Sequence record: PZ000615.1 | Origin: a phage | DNA length: 51,960 bases | Direction: 5' to 3' (one strand) | Part shown: piece after piece, positions 34,077-44,000 of the stretch | Position numbering within the stretch: the stretch's first letter is position 1 | How the letters are laid out: each line of letters starts with the position of its first letter | Translations under genes and position numbers: made by a program | The notes under the pieces: model-generated | What the model was told of the DNA's origin: nothing | The model's input: only the letters and a program-made list of their open reading frames with translations | Databases searched by the model: none

Positions 34077-34733
34077 ATGCACTTACCAAACGGTTCTCAA
34101 ATCTTTGTTGAAAACACTCGTGACGTTGAAGTCGCAGTGACCGAGCTAACCAACGCCAAAAACCCAGTCGCAACTGTTGCAGACGGGACAAAGTTCAAAG
34201 CTGGTGATTACGCGCTCGTGACCTTCTCCAGTTGGGCGGCTCTCACTAACCGCGTGGTTCGTATCAAGTCAGTGGCAACAAACGATCTGACTATTGAGGG
34301 TTTCGACTCCTCAGACACGAACAAATATCCGGCTGGTGCCACTGCGTCAATCGTCAAAATTCTGACCTGGGTTGAAATCCCTTGCGTTCAGGATCTGGCG
34401 CAGGAGGGTGGCGAGCAGCAGTTTTACAACTATCAGTGTCTTGCTGATGACCGTGAGCAGCAGTTGCCAACGTTCAAGTCAGCCGTGTCTCTGACGTATA
34501 CTTTTGCGCACGAATACGACAACCCGATCTATCCGGTTCTGTCGAAAGCGGAGGAGTCCGGCGAGGTAAAAGCTCTCCGCATGTTCATCCCTAAAGCGAA
34601 AGAGATGCGTATGTACTCCGGCGTTCTGTCGTTCAACGACATCCCACAGACGACCATGAACGAAATGGAAACCGTTTCGTTAGCCGTTGCTCTGAAAGGT
34701 AAATTCGAATCCGTTCCTGCTGAGGCGGTATAA
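34077..34733 (+). CDS. Major tail (tube) protein
   Basis: ATG 34077 after AAAAGGAG; position upstream of G/T chaperone pair; followed by terminator. Confidence 0.6.
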   Translation: MHLPNGSQIFVENTRDVEVAVTELTNAKNPVATVADGTKFKAGDYALVTFSSWAALTNRVVRIKSVATNDLTIEGFDSSDTNKYPAGATASIVKILTWVEIPCVQDLAQEGGEQQFYNYQCLADDREQQLPTFKSAVSLTYTFAHEYDNPIYPVLSKAEESGEVKALRMFIPKAKEMRMYSGVLSFNDIPQTTMNEMETVSLAVALKGKFESVPAEAV

Positions 34734-34738
34734 AATTA

Positions 34739-34768
34739 AGGGAGGGCGCTTGCTCTCCCTTTTCTTTT
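34739..34768 (+). terminator. Rho-independent terminator after major tail gene
   Basis: GGGAGGGCGC-TT-GCTCTCCC followed by TTTTCTTTT. Confidence 0.55.
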
Positions 34769-34814
34769 GTGTATAATCAACGCAACGAAACAACAAACCA
34801 CTGGAGTAAAACAA

Positions 34815-35141
34815 ATGGCTAAGATGAAACTCACTATCAAAAAACGTCCCGATTTCAAACTCAAGCTTGAGCTGCAAATGCCTGACACTGATGACGTTGC
34901 GGTTGTAGTCCTTGACGTTGAGCACCGCAAAGCCAAGGAGCTTGCAGATCTGTTCAATGCTCCGGATGAAAAGCGTCCTGATGATGTAACTTTCTTCAAG
35001 GAGTTCGTGAAGGGGTGGGATCTGGAGGAGGAGTTCAACGACGAGAACATTAAGGAAGTCATTGAATGGTTCCCGAACATCATGGTTACGTTCACCTATG
35101 AGTACATGAAAGCTCTCACGGGTCAGCGAGTAAAAAACTAA
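34815..35141 (+). CDS. Tail assembly chaperone (lambda gpG-like)
   Basis: Acidic ~108-aa protein upstream of tape measure; slippery heptamer A AAA AAC at its 3' end. Confidence 0.6.
   Translation: MAKMKLTIKKRPDFKLKLELQMPDTDDVAVVVLDVEHRKAKELADLFNAPDEKRPDDVTFFKEFVKGWDLEEEFNDENIKEVIEWFPNIMVTFTYEYMKALTGQRVKN
35132..35138 (+). other. Programmed -1 ribosomal frameshift slippery site (A AAA AAC)
   Basis: Heptamer X XXY YYZ in G frame, 1 nt before G stop; -1 frame reads KKLKRAVFLLHQKPPTDAEL into T ORF. Confidence 0.55.
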
Positions 35142-35158
35142 AAAGGGCTGTTTTCTTA

Positions 35159-35461
35159 TTGCACCAAAAGCCGCCAACAGATGCAGAACTTGAAGCAGCC
35201 GGATTCACCAGGGCTGACTATGAGGAAGATGAGGATAATCTCGAAGAGGTGATCTTCTCTGAAGAAATGGCGGCATCATGGGAGGTGTTTACGGCAATGT
35301 CAACGCAATGGAGATACGCTCCGAACGGAGTTATTACAGGGCTTGATTATAATACCTTTCCAATGGTGGCAAAACTCTATAAAATAGAGGACGAGGAAAT
35401 AGCCTTTGAAGATTTACGAGTTCTTGAGCGTGCCACGCTCGAAATAGCTCACAAACAATAG
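35159..35461 (+). CDS. Tail assembly chaperone T-like extension, probably expressed as G-T fusion by -1 frameshift
   Basis: Open frame in -1 relative to G with no convincing own start; continuous with G after shift at 35132-35138. Confidence 0.5.
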   Translation: MHQKPPTDAELEAAGFTRADYEEDEDNLEEVIFSEEMAASWEVFTAMSTQWRYAPNGVITGLDYNTFPMVAKLYKIEDEEIAFEDLRVLERATLEIAHKQ

Positions 35462-35499
35462 CGCTCCTCGTGGGCGCTTTTTTTATACCTGGAGGTTTT

Positions 35500-38448
35500 A
35501 TGTCTGAAAATCAAATCGCTGGCTTGAGTATGTCAGTCGACGTCTCCCAGGTGAATGAGGCGACTAAATCACTTGCCAATTTTAAACAGGCCAACAACGA
35601 GACAAAGCGAAGCGTTGAAGATCTGGCGGCGGCTGAGGCAATGGCGCGAGCCAAGGCAAAAGCCCTTAAAGAGGAGCAGGAAAATTTAGCGGCTGAAACA
35701 CTGGCGTTGAAGCGCGGCCTTGACGGTATCGTTAAGTCTATTGATCCCACGGCTGGGAAGATGCAAAAGCTCGCTGAGGCGGCAAAGCAATTAGACCGAG
35801 CCTGGGAGAAAGGGATTGTTCCTGATAAGGAGTTTTTCCGCCTTGGTGAGGTGATTGATAACCAGTCAGCGAAGTTACGCAATGCACAGCTCGCACTGAC
35901 TGAGGAAGGTCGTGCGGCGATTGAAAACTCTAAGGCCAAGCAGCGAGCAACAAGCGCGAGCAAGTCATTCCTTGATAGCTTGAGAGAGCAAGCCGAAACG
36001 ACTGGAATGAGCAAGATCGAGTTGCTCGAATACAAAGCCGCGCAGATGGGCGTAACGGCTCAAGCCGCTCCAATGATTGCAAAGCTTAACCAGCAGAACA
36101 AAGCAATGAACGTTGCAGGGTTGAGCGCCGGACGTTATCGCATGGCAATGCAGCAATTGCCAATGCAGATCACAGATGTGGTGACTTCACTTGCCTCTGG
36201 TATGCCTGTTTGGTTGGTGGCTATTCAGCAGGGCGGTCAAATTAAGGACAGCTTTGGCGGCGTAGGCAATACGTTCAAGTTACTGTTACAGCAGATCACG
36301 CCGTTACGTGTGGCGATGGTTGGACTCGTTGGGGCGATGGCTGGGATTGGGCTGTCAGCATACGACGCATACAAGGCGAACCGTCAGTTCGAAACATCTC
36401 TCATTCTGACTGGTAATTACGCAGCTACGTCAGCGGGTCAGTTATCAGAGTTGACGTCTGAGCTGAACAAGAACAGCCTTTCAACAATCGGATCTCTTGA
36501 TAAGATTGCTGGCACTCTGGCAAGCTCAGGGAAATACACTCTGAACCAGATCAAGGAGATCACGGCAGTAACGGCGGATTGGTCAGAGGTGACTGGAGAG
36601 TCAACAGATAAGATCATTGACTACTTCGACGACATCGCAAAAGATCCGGTTAAAGGTCTGGCGAAACTTAACGAGCAGTTTAACTTTTTGGATAAGGGTC
36701 AACTGACCTATATCTCGAACCTTGAGAAGACCAAAGGGAAAACGGCGGCTGTTACCGAAGCGACGAAACTGTTTGCTGATGTAATGGAAAACCGAATCGC
36801 CAAGATCGCAGACACCGCGACACCTCTTGAAAAGATGTGGACTGACATTAAGAAGTGGTCGGCTGATGCGTGGCGTTGGGTTGGAGATCATACGATTGGC
36901 GCTCTCAACCTGATAACTGACGTTGTGGCTGGTACGATTGAGCAGATCAGATACCTGATTAACTCAGGCGACATGATGATCAGTCAATTCGTGGTTGACA
37001 CTGCGAACGTCATGAGCAAGATTCCAGGAACAAGCAACTTCTTTAAGGGGATCGCAAAAGAACAGCAGCAGTTTGTTGACGATACCAAGCAGAAGAACGC
37101 AGACCTGCTAAAGAGCATTGCTGAGCGTGACGCTCGAATCCGTAAGGGTGAGATGGGGTACATTGAAGCAGCCAAGAAGCGCGGAGAAGCTGACAAGCAG
37201 TACGCCGAAACCACAAAGGACGCGGTACGGAAAGAGGCTGAGCAGTTAGCCAAAAAGAACGCGGTTCGTAAGCAAGGAGTCGCAGACGGAATCAAAGTTT
37301 CGGAACAGTACCAGGCTGAGCTACTTGCTCTTGAAGCTCAACTGAAAGTTTTGCAGGATCACAAGGCGCTTGACGATAAGATTTCACAGCAGCGTAAAAC
37401 ATACTGGAACGATGTCGCCAAATTCCAGATTCTTGAGCAAGCAGCAAAGACCAGAGCACTGACGGCGGATGAGAAATCATTGTTAGCCAACAAGTCAATC
37501 ATCCTTGCATACTCTGAGCAGAAAGCTTTGCTCGGTGATAAGATCGTAGGCCAGGAGAGAATGAACGCCTTACTTGATAAGAGCGCGAAAACAATCCTTG
37601 AGCTGGATCAGAAAATGGCATCAATGGACGCCACTAAAGGCATGGGTGACATGGCTAAGCGCCGAGCTGATGAGATTGCCAAGATGAAAGCCGACTGGGA
37701 GAAAGGCGGGGGAAGTCTTGACGACAAGGCTTATCAGGATATGGAGAAAAAGCAAGTAGAGTATTATGAGCGAGAGGATTCATTGCGCTCTGACTGGTTG
37801 GCTGGCGCTGCGAATGGATTTGCGACTTGGGCGGAGAATGCTGGTAATATGTACGCTCAGACGGGAGCTGTTGCTCAGGCGACTATGTCGGGCATGACGG
37901 ATGAGATCACGAACTTTGTTACAACTGGCAAGGCTGACTTTGCAGACTTCACGGCTAACATCCTCAAGATGATCGCCAAGATGCTTGTCCAAATGGCTTT
38001 GCTTAACGCAATGAAAGCCGCGTTTGGTGGCACTGCTTTTGGTAACATGATGGGGATGTCATCTCATGCAAACGGCGGCGTTGTTGGTAACGGGTTCGCT
38101 CGTGGCGGTTATACCGGAAACGGCGGTAAGTATGAACCAGCCGGAATTGTTCACCGTGGTGAGTTCGTTTTCACCAAGGAGGCAACAAAAAGGATTGGTG
38201 TCGCAAACCTTCACAGAATGATGCGTGGTTACGCGAGCGGCGGAGTTGTTGGTGGCTCATCCTCTGGCGGTGGCTCTGGCGGCGGTGGTGTTGTGATCGG
38301 AGTTGGCGATATCAATATCAACGGGATGGGTGGAGTCGACCAGTCAGCAGCGAAAGGAATGGAACAGGGTGTTCGTCAGGTCGTCATGGATGTGCTTAAC
38401 AGAGAGTGCAGCCAGGGCGGTAGAATTTACCAGCTTGTGAGGGGCTAA
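35500..38448 (+). CDS. Tail tape measure protein
   Basis: ATG 35500 after GGAGG; ~980 aa, helical N-terminal two-thirds, Gly-rich C-terminal region, position after G/T. Confidence 0.8.
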   Translation: MSENQIAGLSMSVDVSQVNEATKSLANFKQANNETKRSVEDLAAAEAMARAKAKALKEEQENLAAETLALKRGLDGIVKSIDPTAGKMQKLAEAAKQLDRAWEKGIVPDKEFFRLGEVIDNQSAKLRNAQLALTEEGRAAIENSKAKQRATSASKSFLDSLREQAETTGMSKIELLEYKAAQMGVTAQAAPMIAKLNQQNKAMNVAGLSAGRYRMAMQQLPMQITDVVTSLASGMPVWLVAIQQGGQIKDSFGGVGNTFKLLLQQITPLRVAMVGLVGAMAGIGLSAYDAYKANRQFETSLILTGNYAATSAGQLSELTSELNKNSLSTIGSLDKIAGTLASSGKYTLNQIKEITAVTADWSEVTGESTDKIIDYFDDIAKDPVKGLAKLNEQFNFLDKGQLTYISNLEKTKGKTAAVTEATKLFADVMENRIAKIADTATPLEKMWTDIKKWSADAWRWVGDHTIGALNLITDVVAGTIEQIRYLINSGDMMISQFVVDTANVMSKIPGTSNFFKGIAKEQQQFVDDTKQKNADLLKSIAERDARIRKGEMGYIEAAKKRGEADKQYAETTKDAVRKEAEQLAKKNAVRKQGVADGIKVSEQYQAELLALEAQLKVLQDHKALDDKISQQRKTYWNDVAKFQILEQAAKTRALTADEKSLLANKSIILAYSEQKALLGDKIVGQERMNALLDKSAKTILELDQKMASMDATKGMGDMAKRRADEIAKMKADWEKGGGSLDDKAYQDMEKKQVEYYEREDSLRSDWLAGAANGFATWAENAGNMYAQTGAVAQATMSGMTDEITNFVTTGKADFADFTANILKMIAKMLVQMALLNAMKAAFGGTAFGNMMGMSSHANGGVVGNGFARGGYTGNGGKYEPAGIVHRGEFVFTKEATKRIGVANLHRMMRGYASGGVVGGSSSGGGSGGGGVVIGVGDININGMGGVDQSAAKGMEQGVRQVVMDVLNRECSQGGRIYQLVRG

Positions 38449-38450
38449 GA

Positions 38451-38801
38451 ATGGCGTTAGAGACTTTTACCTGGTGTACGCAGGTTCAAAATAACGGAGG
38501 CGCTGGAAGCGTCTCCGACAACGTGAGAGGCATTCAATTTGGAAATGGTTTTAGACAACTGGCAACGGCTGGTCTAAATACCATCCGAAGAGAGTTCAAT
38601 ATCGTTTACGGCGGCAAGAGCTGGGAGGACGTTTACAACTTTCTAACTCGCCATACCTACAAGCCGTTTATCTGGAAAGCTCCAGATGGTAAGCTTGGCG
38701 TGTTCACGGTTAAGAGCGGCAGCATTGCAACAAGGCCGATCAAAAACGGAATGCTTGAGGTGACTTGCCAGGTCAGCGAGGAATTCACGAGCGCACGATA
38801 A
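38451..38801 (+). CDS. Minor tail protein (lambda gpM-like)
   Basis: Pattern FTW...IQFGNGFRQLATAGLN...VYGG...FL..H.YKPFIWKAPDG matches recalled lambda gpM. Confidence 0.6.
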   Translation: MALETFTWCTQVQNNGGAGSVSDNVRGIQFGNGFRQLATAGLNTIRREFNIVYGGKSWEDVYNFLTRHTYKPFIWKAPDGKLGVFTVKSGSIATRPIKNGMLEVTCQVSEEFTSAR

Positions 38802-38873
38802 GTCAAAAGGCTACCTTTCGAGGTGGCCTTTTTTATTGTACAATGTTCGAACCATTTAACAGGAGGTCTTGAC

Positions 38874-39629
38874 ATGACGCCAAATATTAGCGAAAAGTTT
38901 GTTAACTGCTTGCAGAAGCTATACCCTGGAGAGATTCTCACACTGGTGGAGGTTGACGGGACGCGGTTCGGTGCGCAGGTTTACCGATTCCACAACGAGA
39001 ACATCCAGTTCACACAGGAGGAGTTACTCCTCGCAACCTCAACCGGAACCCTGCCGGACAAGGTTATCCGGTTTAACGGTAATGAGTTCGGAGGTCGTCC
39101 GTTCGGACTTTCCGGTTTCACTATGTCGAGCGATGGAACTCCCGACAAGCCTCAGCTAACCCTGTCAAATATTGACTCTCAGGTTTCAGCCCTAATCCGA
39201 TCCTACAACGGCATGATGCAAGCCAAGGTCACTATCTGGATTATCGTTCGGGACTTGCTGAAAGACGACTGGACTGTTGACGAGGGAGATTTCCGCAAGC
39301 TGGTTTACTACGTAGAGCGGCCTAACTACTGCGATCACACACGTGCAACATTCGATCTGACATCTCCATACGATATGGATGGGATTATGATCCCAGGTCG
39401 ACTATCTCAAAGTGTTTGCTACTGGGCGCAACGCGGATGGTACAAGAGCGGAAAGGGTTGCATGTACAACGGTCAGAACGGATACTTTGACAAGGACGGG
39501 AATCAGGTATCAGATCCGTCACAGGATTATTGCCCTGGCACAGTGAACGCCTGTAAGCTCAGATACAAAGAGGGTGAGCTTGATTTCGGCGGGTGCGCGG
39601 CAGCTTCATTAGTTCGGAGGAGATCATAA
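38874..39629 (+). CDS. Minor tail protein (lambda gpL-like)
   Basis: ATG 38874 after AGGAGG; C-terminal Cys cluster CPGTVNAC...GGC as in gpL. Confidence 0.6.
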   Translation: MTPNISEKFVNCLQKLYPGEILTLVEVDGTRFGAQVYRFHNENIQFTQEELLLATSTGTLPDKVIRFNGNEFGGRPFGLSGFTMSSDGTPDKPQLTLSNIDSQVSALIRSYNGMMQAKVTIWIIVRDLLKDDWTVDEGDFRKLVYYVERPNYCDHTRATFDLTSPYDMDGIMIPGRLSQSVCYWAQRGWYKSGKGCMYNGQNGYFDKDGNQVSDPSQDYCPGTVNACKLRYKEGELDFGGCAAASLVRRRS

Positions 39630-40375
39630 TGCTACAGCCAAAAATTAACCTTCACATCTTTCAGCACGCCAATGAGGTTTACCCTAACGAGTGCGCTGGA
39701 TTGATTACGCAGAAGTCACGGGTACAGAAGTATCACAGGATCGACAACGTGAGCAAAACTCCAGAGGAGCACTGCGAACCAGATCCGCAACAGTACGGTG
39801 ATGTTGTTGTTTGGGCTGAGGGGAACGGTCACGAGATTATCGGGTTTGTTCACTCGCACACCGGAGACGGCGCAACAACTCTACCAAGCGCACACGATCT
39901 GTGTATGTGCAACGAGTTCAAAATCCCGTTCGTCATCGTCAGCATTCCGGAGGGTGACTTACGAATCGTTGAGCCAACGGACATGCCTCTGACTGGTCGG
40001 CCTTGGGCGCTTGGCTCTTATGACTGTTGGGGCTTGATCATGGCATTTCATGAACTTCACGGCGTAAAGCTGAATGACTTCAGAAAGCCATACGAATGGT
40101 GGAAAGAGGGCGAAAACCTTTACCAGGATAACTATCTTGAAGAGGGTTTTATTCCTGTTGATGGTCGTGAACCTGTGTTCGGTGATATGATCATATTTCA
40201 GCTACAATCTGAGGTGTGGAACCACGCAGGGATTTACGTCGGTGATAACCAAATCCTTCATCATGGGTTTGGGAAGTTATCGCGTCGTGATATTTACTCA
40301 GGCTGGTATCAGCAACACAACGTTATGATTTGCAGACATAAGGATCTAAAATATGACATCTCTCAAACGTATTAA
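39629..40375 (+). CDS. Tail assembly protein (lambda gpK-like; MPN/JAB + NlpC/P60-like)
   Basis: TAATG coupling; HSHTGDGATTLPSAHD JAB-like motif and downstream Cys/His region. Confidence 0.65.
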   Translation: MLQPKINLHIFQHANEVYPNECAGLITQKSRVQKYHRIDNVSKTPEEHCEPDPQQYGDVVVWAEGNGHEIIGFVHSHTGDGATTLPSAHDLCMCNEFKIPFVIVSIPEGDLRIVEPTDMPLTGRPWALGSYDCWGLIMAFHELHGVKLNDFRKPYEWWKEGENLYQDNYLEEGFIPVDGREPVFGDMIIFQLQSEVWNHAGIYVGDNQILHHGFGKLSRRDIYSGWYQQHNVMICRHKDLKYDISQTY

Positions 40376-40952
40376 GCTCACAGGGTCGTTAGGCAAACGG
40401 TTCGGTGTTTTCCATGAGCTTGCTGTTGATTCCTTCACGGAGGGCGTTCGCGCTCTGTCGTCTCAGGTTGATGGGTTCAGGGAGTTCATGAATAGCGAGG
40501 TCGGGCAACGAATGAGATTCGCCCTTTTCGTTGATGGAAAGAACATTGGACTCGCAGACGATAGCGCGTTCAAGTGTGCTCGTGAGATCAGAATCATTCC
40601 AATCCCGACAGCATCAAAGAGCGGCGGGTTGCTGAACATCGTTATCGGAGCGGCGATTATGGTTGCGGCGTTCTATACTGGCGGCGCTTCACTTGCTGCG
40701 ATGGGCGCTCTTTCCTCTGCGGCGTTTATGGCTGGCGGAGCCATGGTTCTTGGAGGTGTAACTCAGATGTTATCTCCTCAGCCTGGCGGTATGGATATGT
40801 CTCCAAAGTCAGCGTCAAACACTCCATCATACGCTTTCGGCGGGGCTATCAATACCACGGCGGCGGGTTATCCTCTCGCCCTTCCATACGGAGAGAGAAC
40901 GAACGGCGGGGCGGTTTGGTCTGCCGGATCTTACGCCGAGGACATCGCTTAA
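40353..40952 (+). CDS. Tail assembly protein (lambda gpI-like)
   Basis: Position after K-like gene; Gly/Ala-rich hydrophobic C-terminal half. Confidence 0.6.
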   Translation: MTSLKRIKLTGSLGKRFGVFHELAVDSFTEGVRALSSQVDGFREFMNSEVGQRMRFALFVDGKNIGLADDSAFKCAREIRIIPIPTASKSGGLLNIVIGAAIMVAAFYTGGASLAAMGALSSAAFMAGGAMVLGGVTQMLSPQPGGMDMSPKSASNTPSYAFGGAINTTAAGYPLALPYGERTNGGAVWSAGSYAEDIA

Positions 40953-40962
40953 TTAAGTCAAC

Positions 40963-40990
40963 GCCTCCTATGGTATAGGGGGCTTTTTTT
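40963..40990 (+). terminator. Rho-independent terminator
   Basis: GCCTCCTAT-GGT-ATAGGGGGC followed by T7; TATAAT follows at 40994-40999. Confidence 0.5.
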
Positions 40991-41026
40991 GTTTATAATG
41001 GGCGCTCTATTAACGGAGGGTCAGTT

Positions 41027-44000
41027 ATGGCTAAAATCATTTCCGCCCGTAAGGGTGGCGGCAGTAAGCCGCATCAACCTCGCGAGATGGACGACAACCT
41101 AATCTCACGCGACAAAATCAAAATATTGCTAGCGCTCTCTGATGGTGAAGTGGATGAGGGATTCACCCTGAAAGATCTGCTTTTCGATGACGTTCCGGTT
41201 GTTGCAGCCGATGGGACAGAGAACTATCAGAATGTTAGAGCTGAGTTCCGCTACGGTACGCAAGAACAATCTTACATTCCAGGGTTCACCGAGTCGAACA
41301 ACGAAATCACCGTTCAGCGTGACGTATCGACTGAAACGCCATACGTAATCAGCGTTACTAACCAAGTATTGAGCGCTATCCGAATTCGAATGATGACGGA
41401 TCGAATTGCTCACACCAAGGATAACGGCGACACCGTAGGCGCAAAAGTTGAGTATAGATTCGACATGGCTATCAACGGCGGCGCGTATGAGGAAGTGACG
41501 CGAACTGTGTTTGACGGTAAGAATACAAGCGGGTATGACCGTTCGATCAGGATCAACTTGCCGGAGAGTTACCAGCAGGTATTGATTCGAGTTGTGCGAC
41601 TTACTCCGGACGACTCAAGCGACAGGACTCAAAGCAAGTTCAGGGTTCAGAGCTACAGCGAAGTGATTGACGCTAAGTTTCGCTATCCTCTGACGGCTTT
41701 ACTGTTCGTTGAGTTTGATTCTGACCTGTTCCCGAACCAGTTGCCGACAATCTCAGTCAAGAAGAAATGGAAAAAGATTCAGGTTCCAGTGAACTACGAT
41801 CCGGTTTCCCGAACTTACTCCGGCACTTGGAACGGCATGTTCAAAACCGCATGGTCTAACAACCCTGCATGGGTTCTGTATGACCTGATCATGAATCAGC
41901 GTTACGGGCTTGATCAGAAGGAACTCGGAATTGACGTGGATAAGTGGAGCCTCTACGAGGTTGCTCAATACTGCGATCAGATGGTTCCAGATGGTCACGG
42001 TGGACAGGAGCCGCGCTACCTTTGCGATATGGTTGTTCAATCTCAGGTTGAGGCTTACCGACTGATTCGTGACGTTTGCTCTATTTTCCGTGGGATGTCG
42101 TTCTACAACGGTGAGAGCTTGTCAATCGTAATCGACAAGCCGCGAGATCCGGTTTACCTGTTCACGAATGACAACGTTGTCGACGGCGCGTTTGCCAGGG
42201 TGTTCGCTTCAGAGAAAAGCATGTACACGAGCGTTAACGTGATGTTTGATGACCGAGAGAACATGTTTAACCAGGACGTCGAGCCAGTGTTTGATAATGA
42301 GGCATCTCGCCGTTTTGGTAACAACCCGACAGACATCACGGCAATCGGATGCACGCGACGCAGTGAGGCTAACCGCCGAGGTCGCTGGATTATCAAAACG
42401 AACCTCCGGAGCACGACGGTAAACTTTGCGACTGGGCTTGAGGGCATGATTCCGATGATTGGCGATGTTATCGCAGTTTCCGATAACCATTGGCAACACA
42501 ACATCATGTATAACCTTTCCGGTCGACTGATGGAGGTTTCAGGAGTGCAGGTGTTCACGTCGTTCCGTGTCGATGCAAGGCCAGGTGATTTCATTATCGT
42601 TAACAGACCTGACGGCAAGCCACAGAAGAGAACAATCTCCCGCGTATCGTCAGACGGAAAAACGATAACGCTGAACGTAGGTTTCGGGTTTGCTGTTCAG
42701 CCTGACGCTGTTTTCGCGATTGAGCGCTCCGATCTGACGTTTGAACAATACGTTGTTACCAAGATCGAGAAGGGAGACGGCGACGAGGAATTTGTTCACC
42801 GCATCACGGCGATTGAATACGATCCGACCAAATATGACGCCATTGACTACGGTGTCGTGATTGACCAGCGACCAACAAGCATTGTTGATCCTGATCACCT
42901 GAAAGCGCCTGAAGGAATCAAGATTTCCTCTTTCTCTCGCGTAGTTCAGGGGATGAGCATTGAAACGATGGTTGTGAACTGGAATAAGGTTCAGTATGCA
43001 AACCGATACGAAATGCAGTGGCGCAAGGATAATGGCAACTGGAACAACACTCCACAAACAGCAGCAACCGAGATTGACGTTGAGGGGATTTACGCTGGTG
43101 TTTATGAGGTTCGAGTTCGCGCAGTGTCGGCAGCGGGTAACGTGTCGCCATGGTCAGAGATTGAGGTTAAATCCCTGACTGGTAAAACTGGCAAGCCGAA
43201 CAAGCCGATTAACCTCACAGCTACAGACGGTGAAGTTTTCGGTATTCGTGTCAAGTGGGGTATGCCTGAAGGATCTGGTGATACTGCTTACGTAGAGTTA
43301 CAGCAAGCTCCTGACGACAACGCCGGAGGTTATTTACCTGAGGCGGCGACTCTGGTTAGCATGGTTCCTTACCCTCAGCATGAATACTGGCACAGCGTAC
43401 TACCGAGCGGCTTCATCAACTGGTATCGCGTTCGCTCAGTGGACAAGATCGGAAACGTGTCGGACTGGACTGATTTCGTTCGCGGAATGGCTACGGATGA
43501 CGTAGACAAAATTGGCGAGGTTGTCAAGATTGAGTTTGAAGAGACGGAAGGTTTCAAGGAATTGAAAAAAACCGTTGAGGAGTTGGTTGGTCAGCTTGAC
43601 GAGCAAAGCGAAGAACTCAAAGAGACAGGCGATACCATGAAGGACTACGGAGCCAAACTCAGAGCACAGGCTGAGGCTGATATTGAGAACGCGCTAGCGA
43701 ACAACACGGATGTGATCCGGATGACCAAGGAGAACGGAAAGCGTAAGGCTGAGTTCAGATTTGCGGTTAACCTGGTTGCTACGGAGAGTGAGGCGAGAGC
43801 GGAGGCTATCACCAAGCTATCAGCACAGTTTGACGAGGATATCGGGGCGGCGGTCACTCGCATGGATCAGGCAATCGCGAAAGAAGGTGAGGCGCGAGCG
43901 AAAGCAATCGCAGATCTGAAAGCGCAGATTGACGATGAGGTAGTGGCTCAGATTACAACCGTTCAGGAGGCGCTGGCGAAGGAAACGGAAACTCGCGTCA

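Noticed and set aside
35511-36035. Antisense ORF (174 aa) within the tape measure gene
   Set aside because: Fully nested antisense to a well-supported long gene, with no start context.
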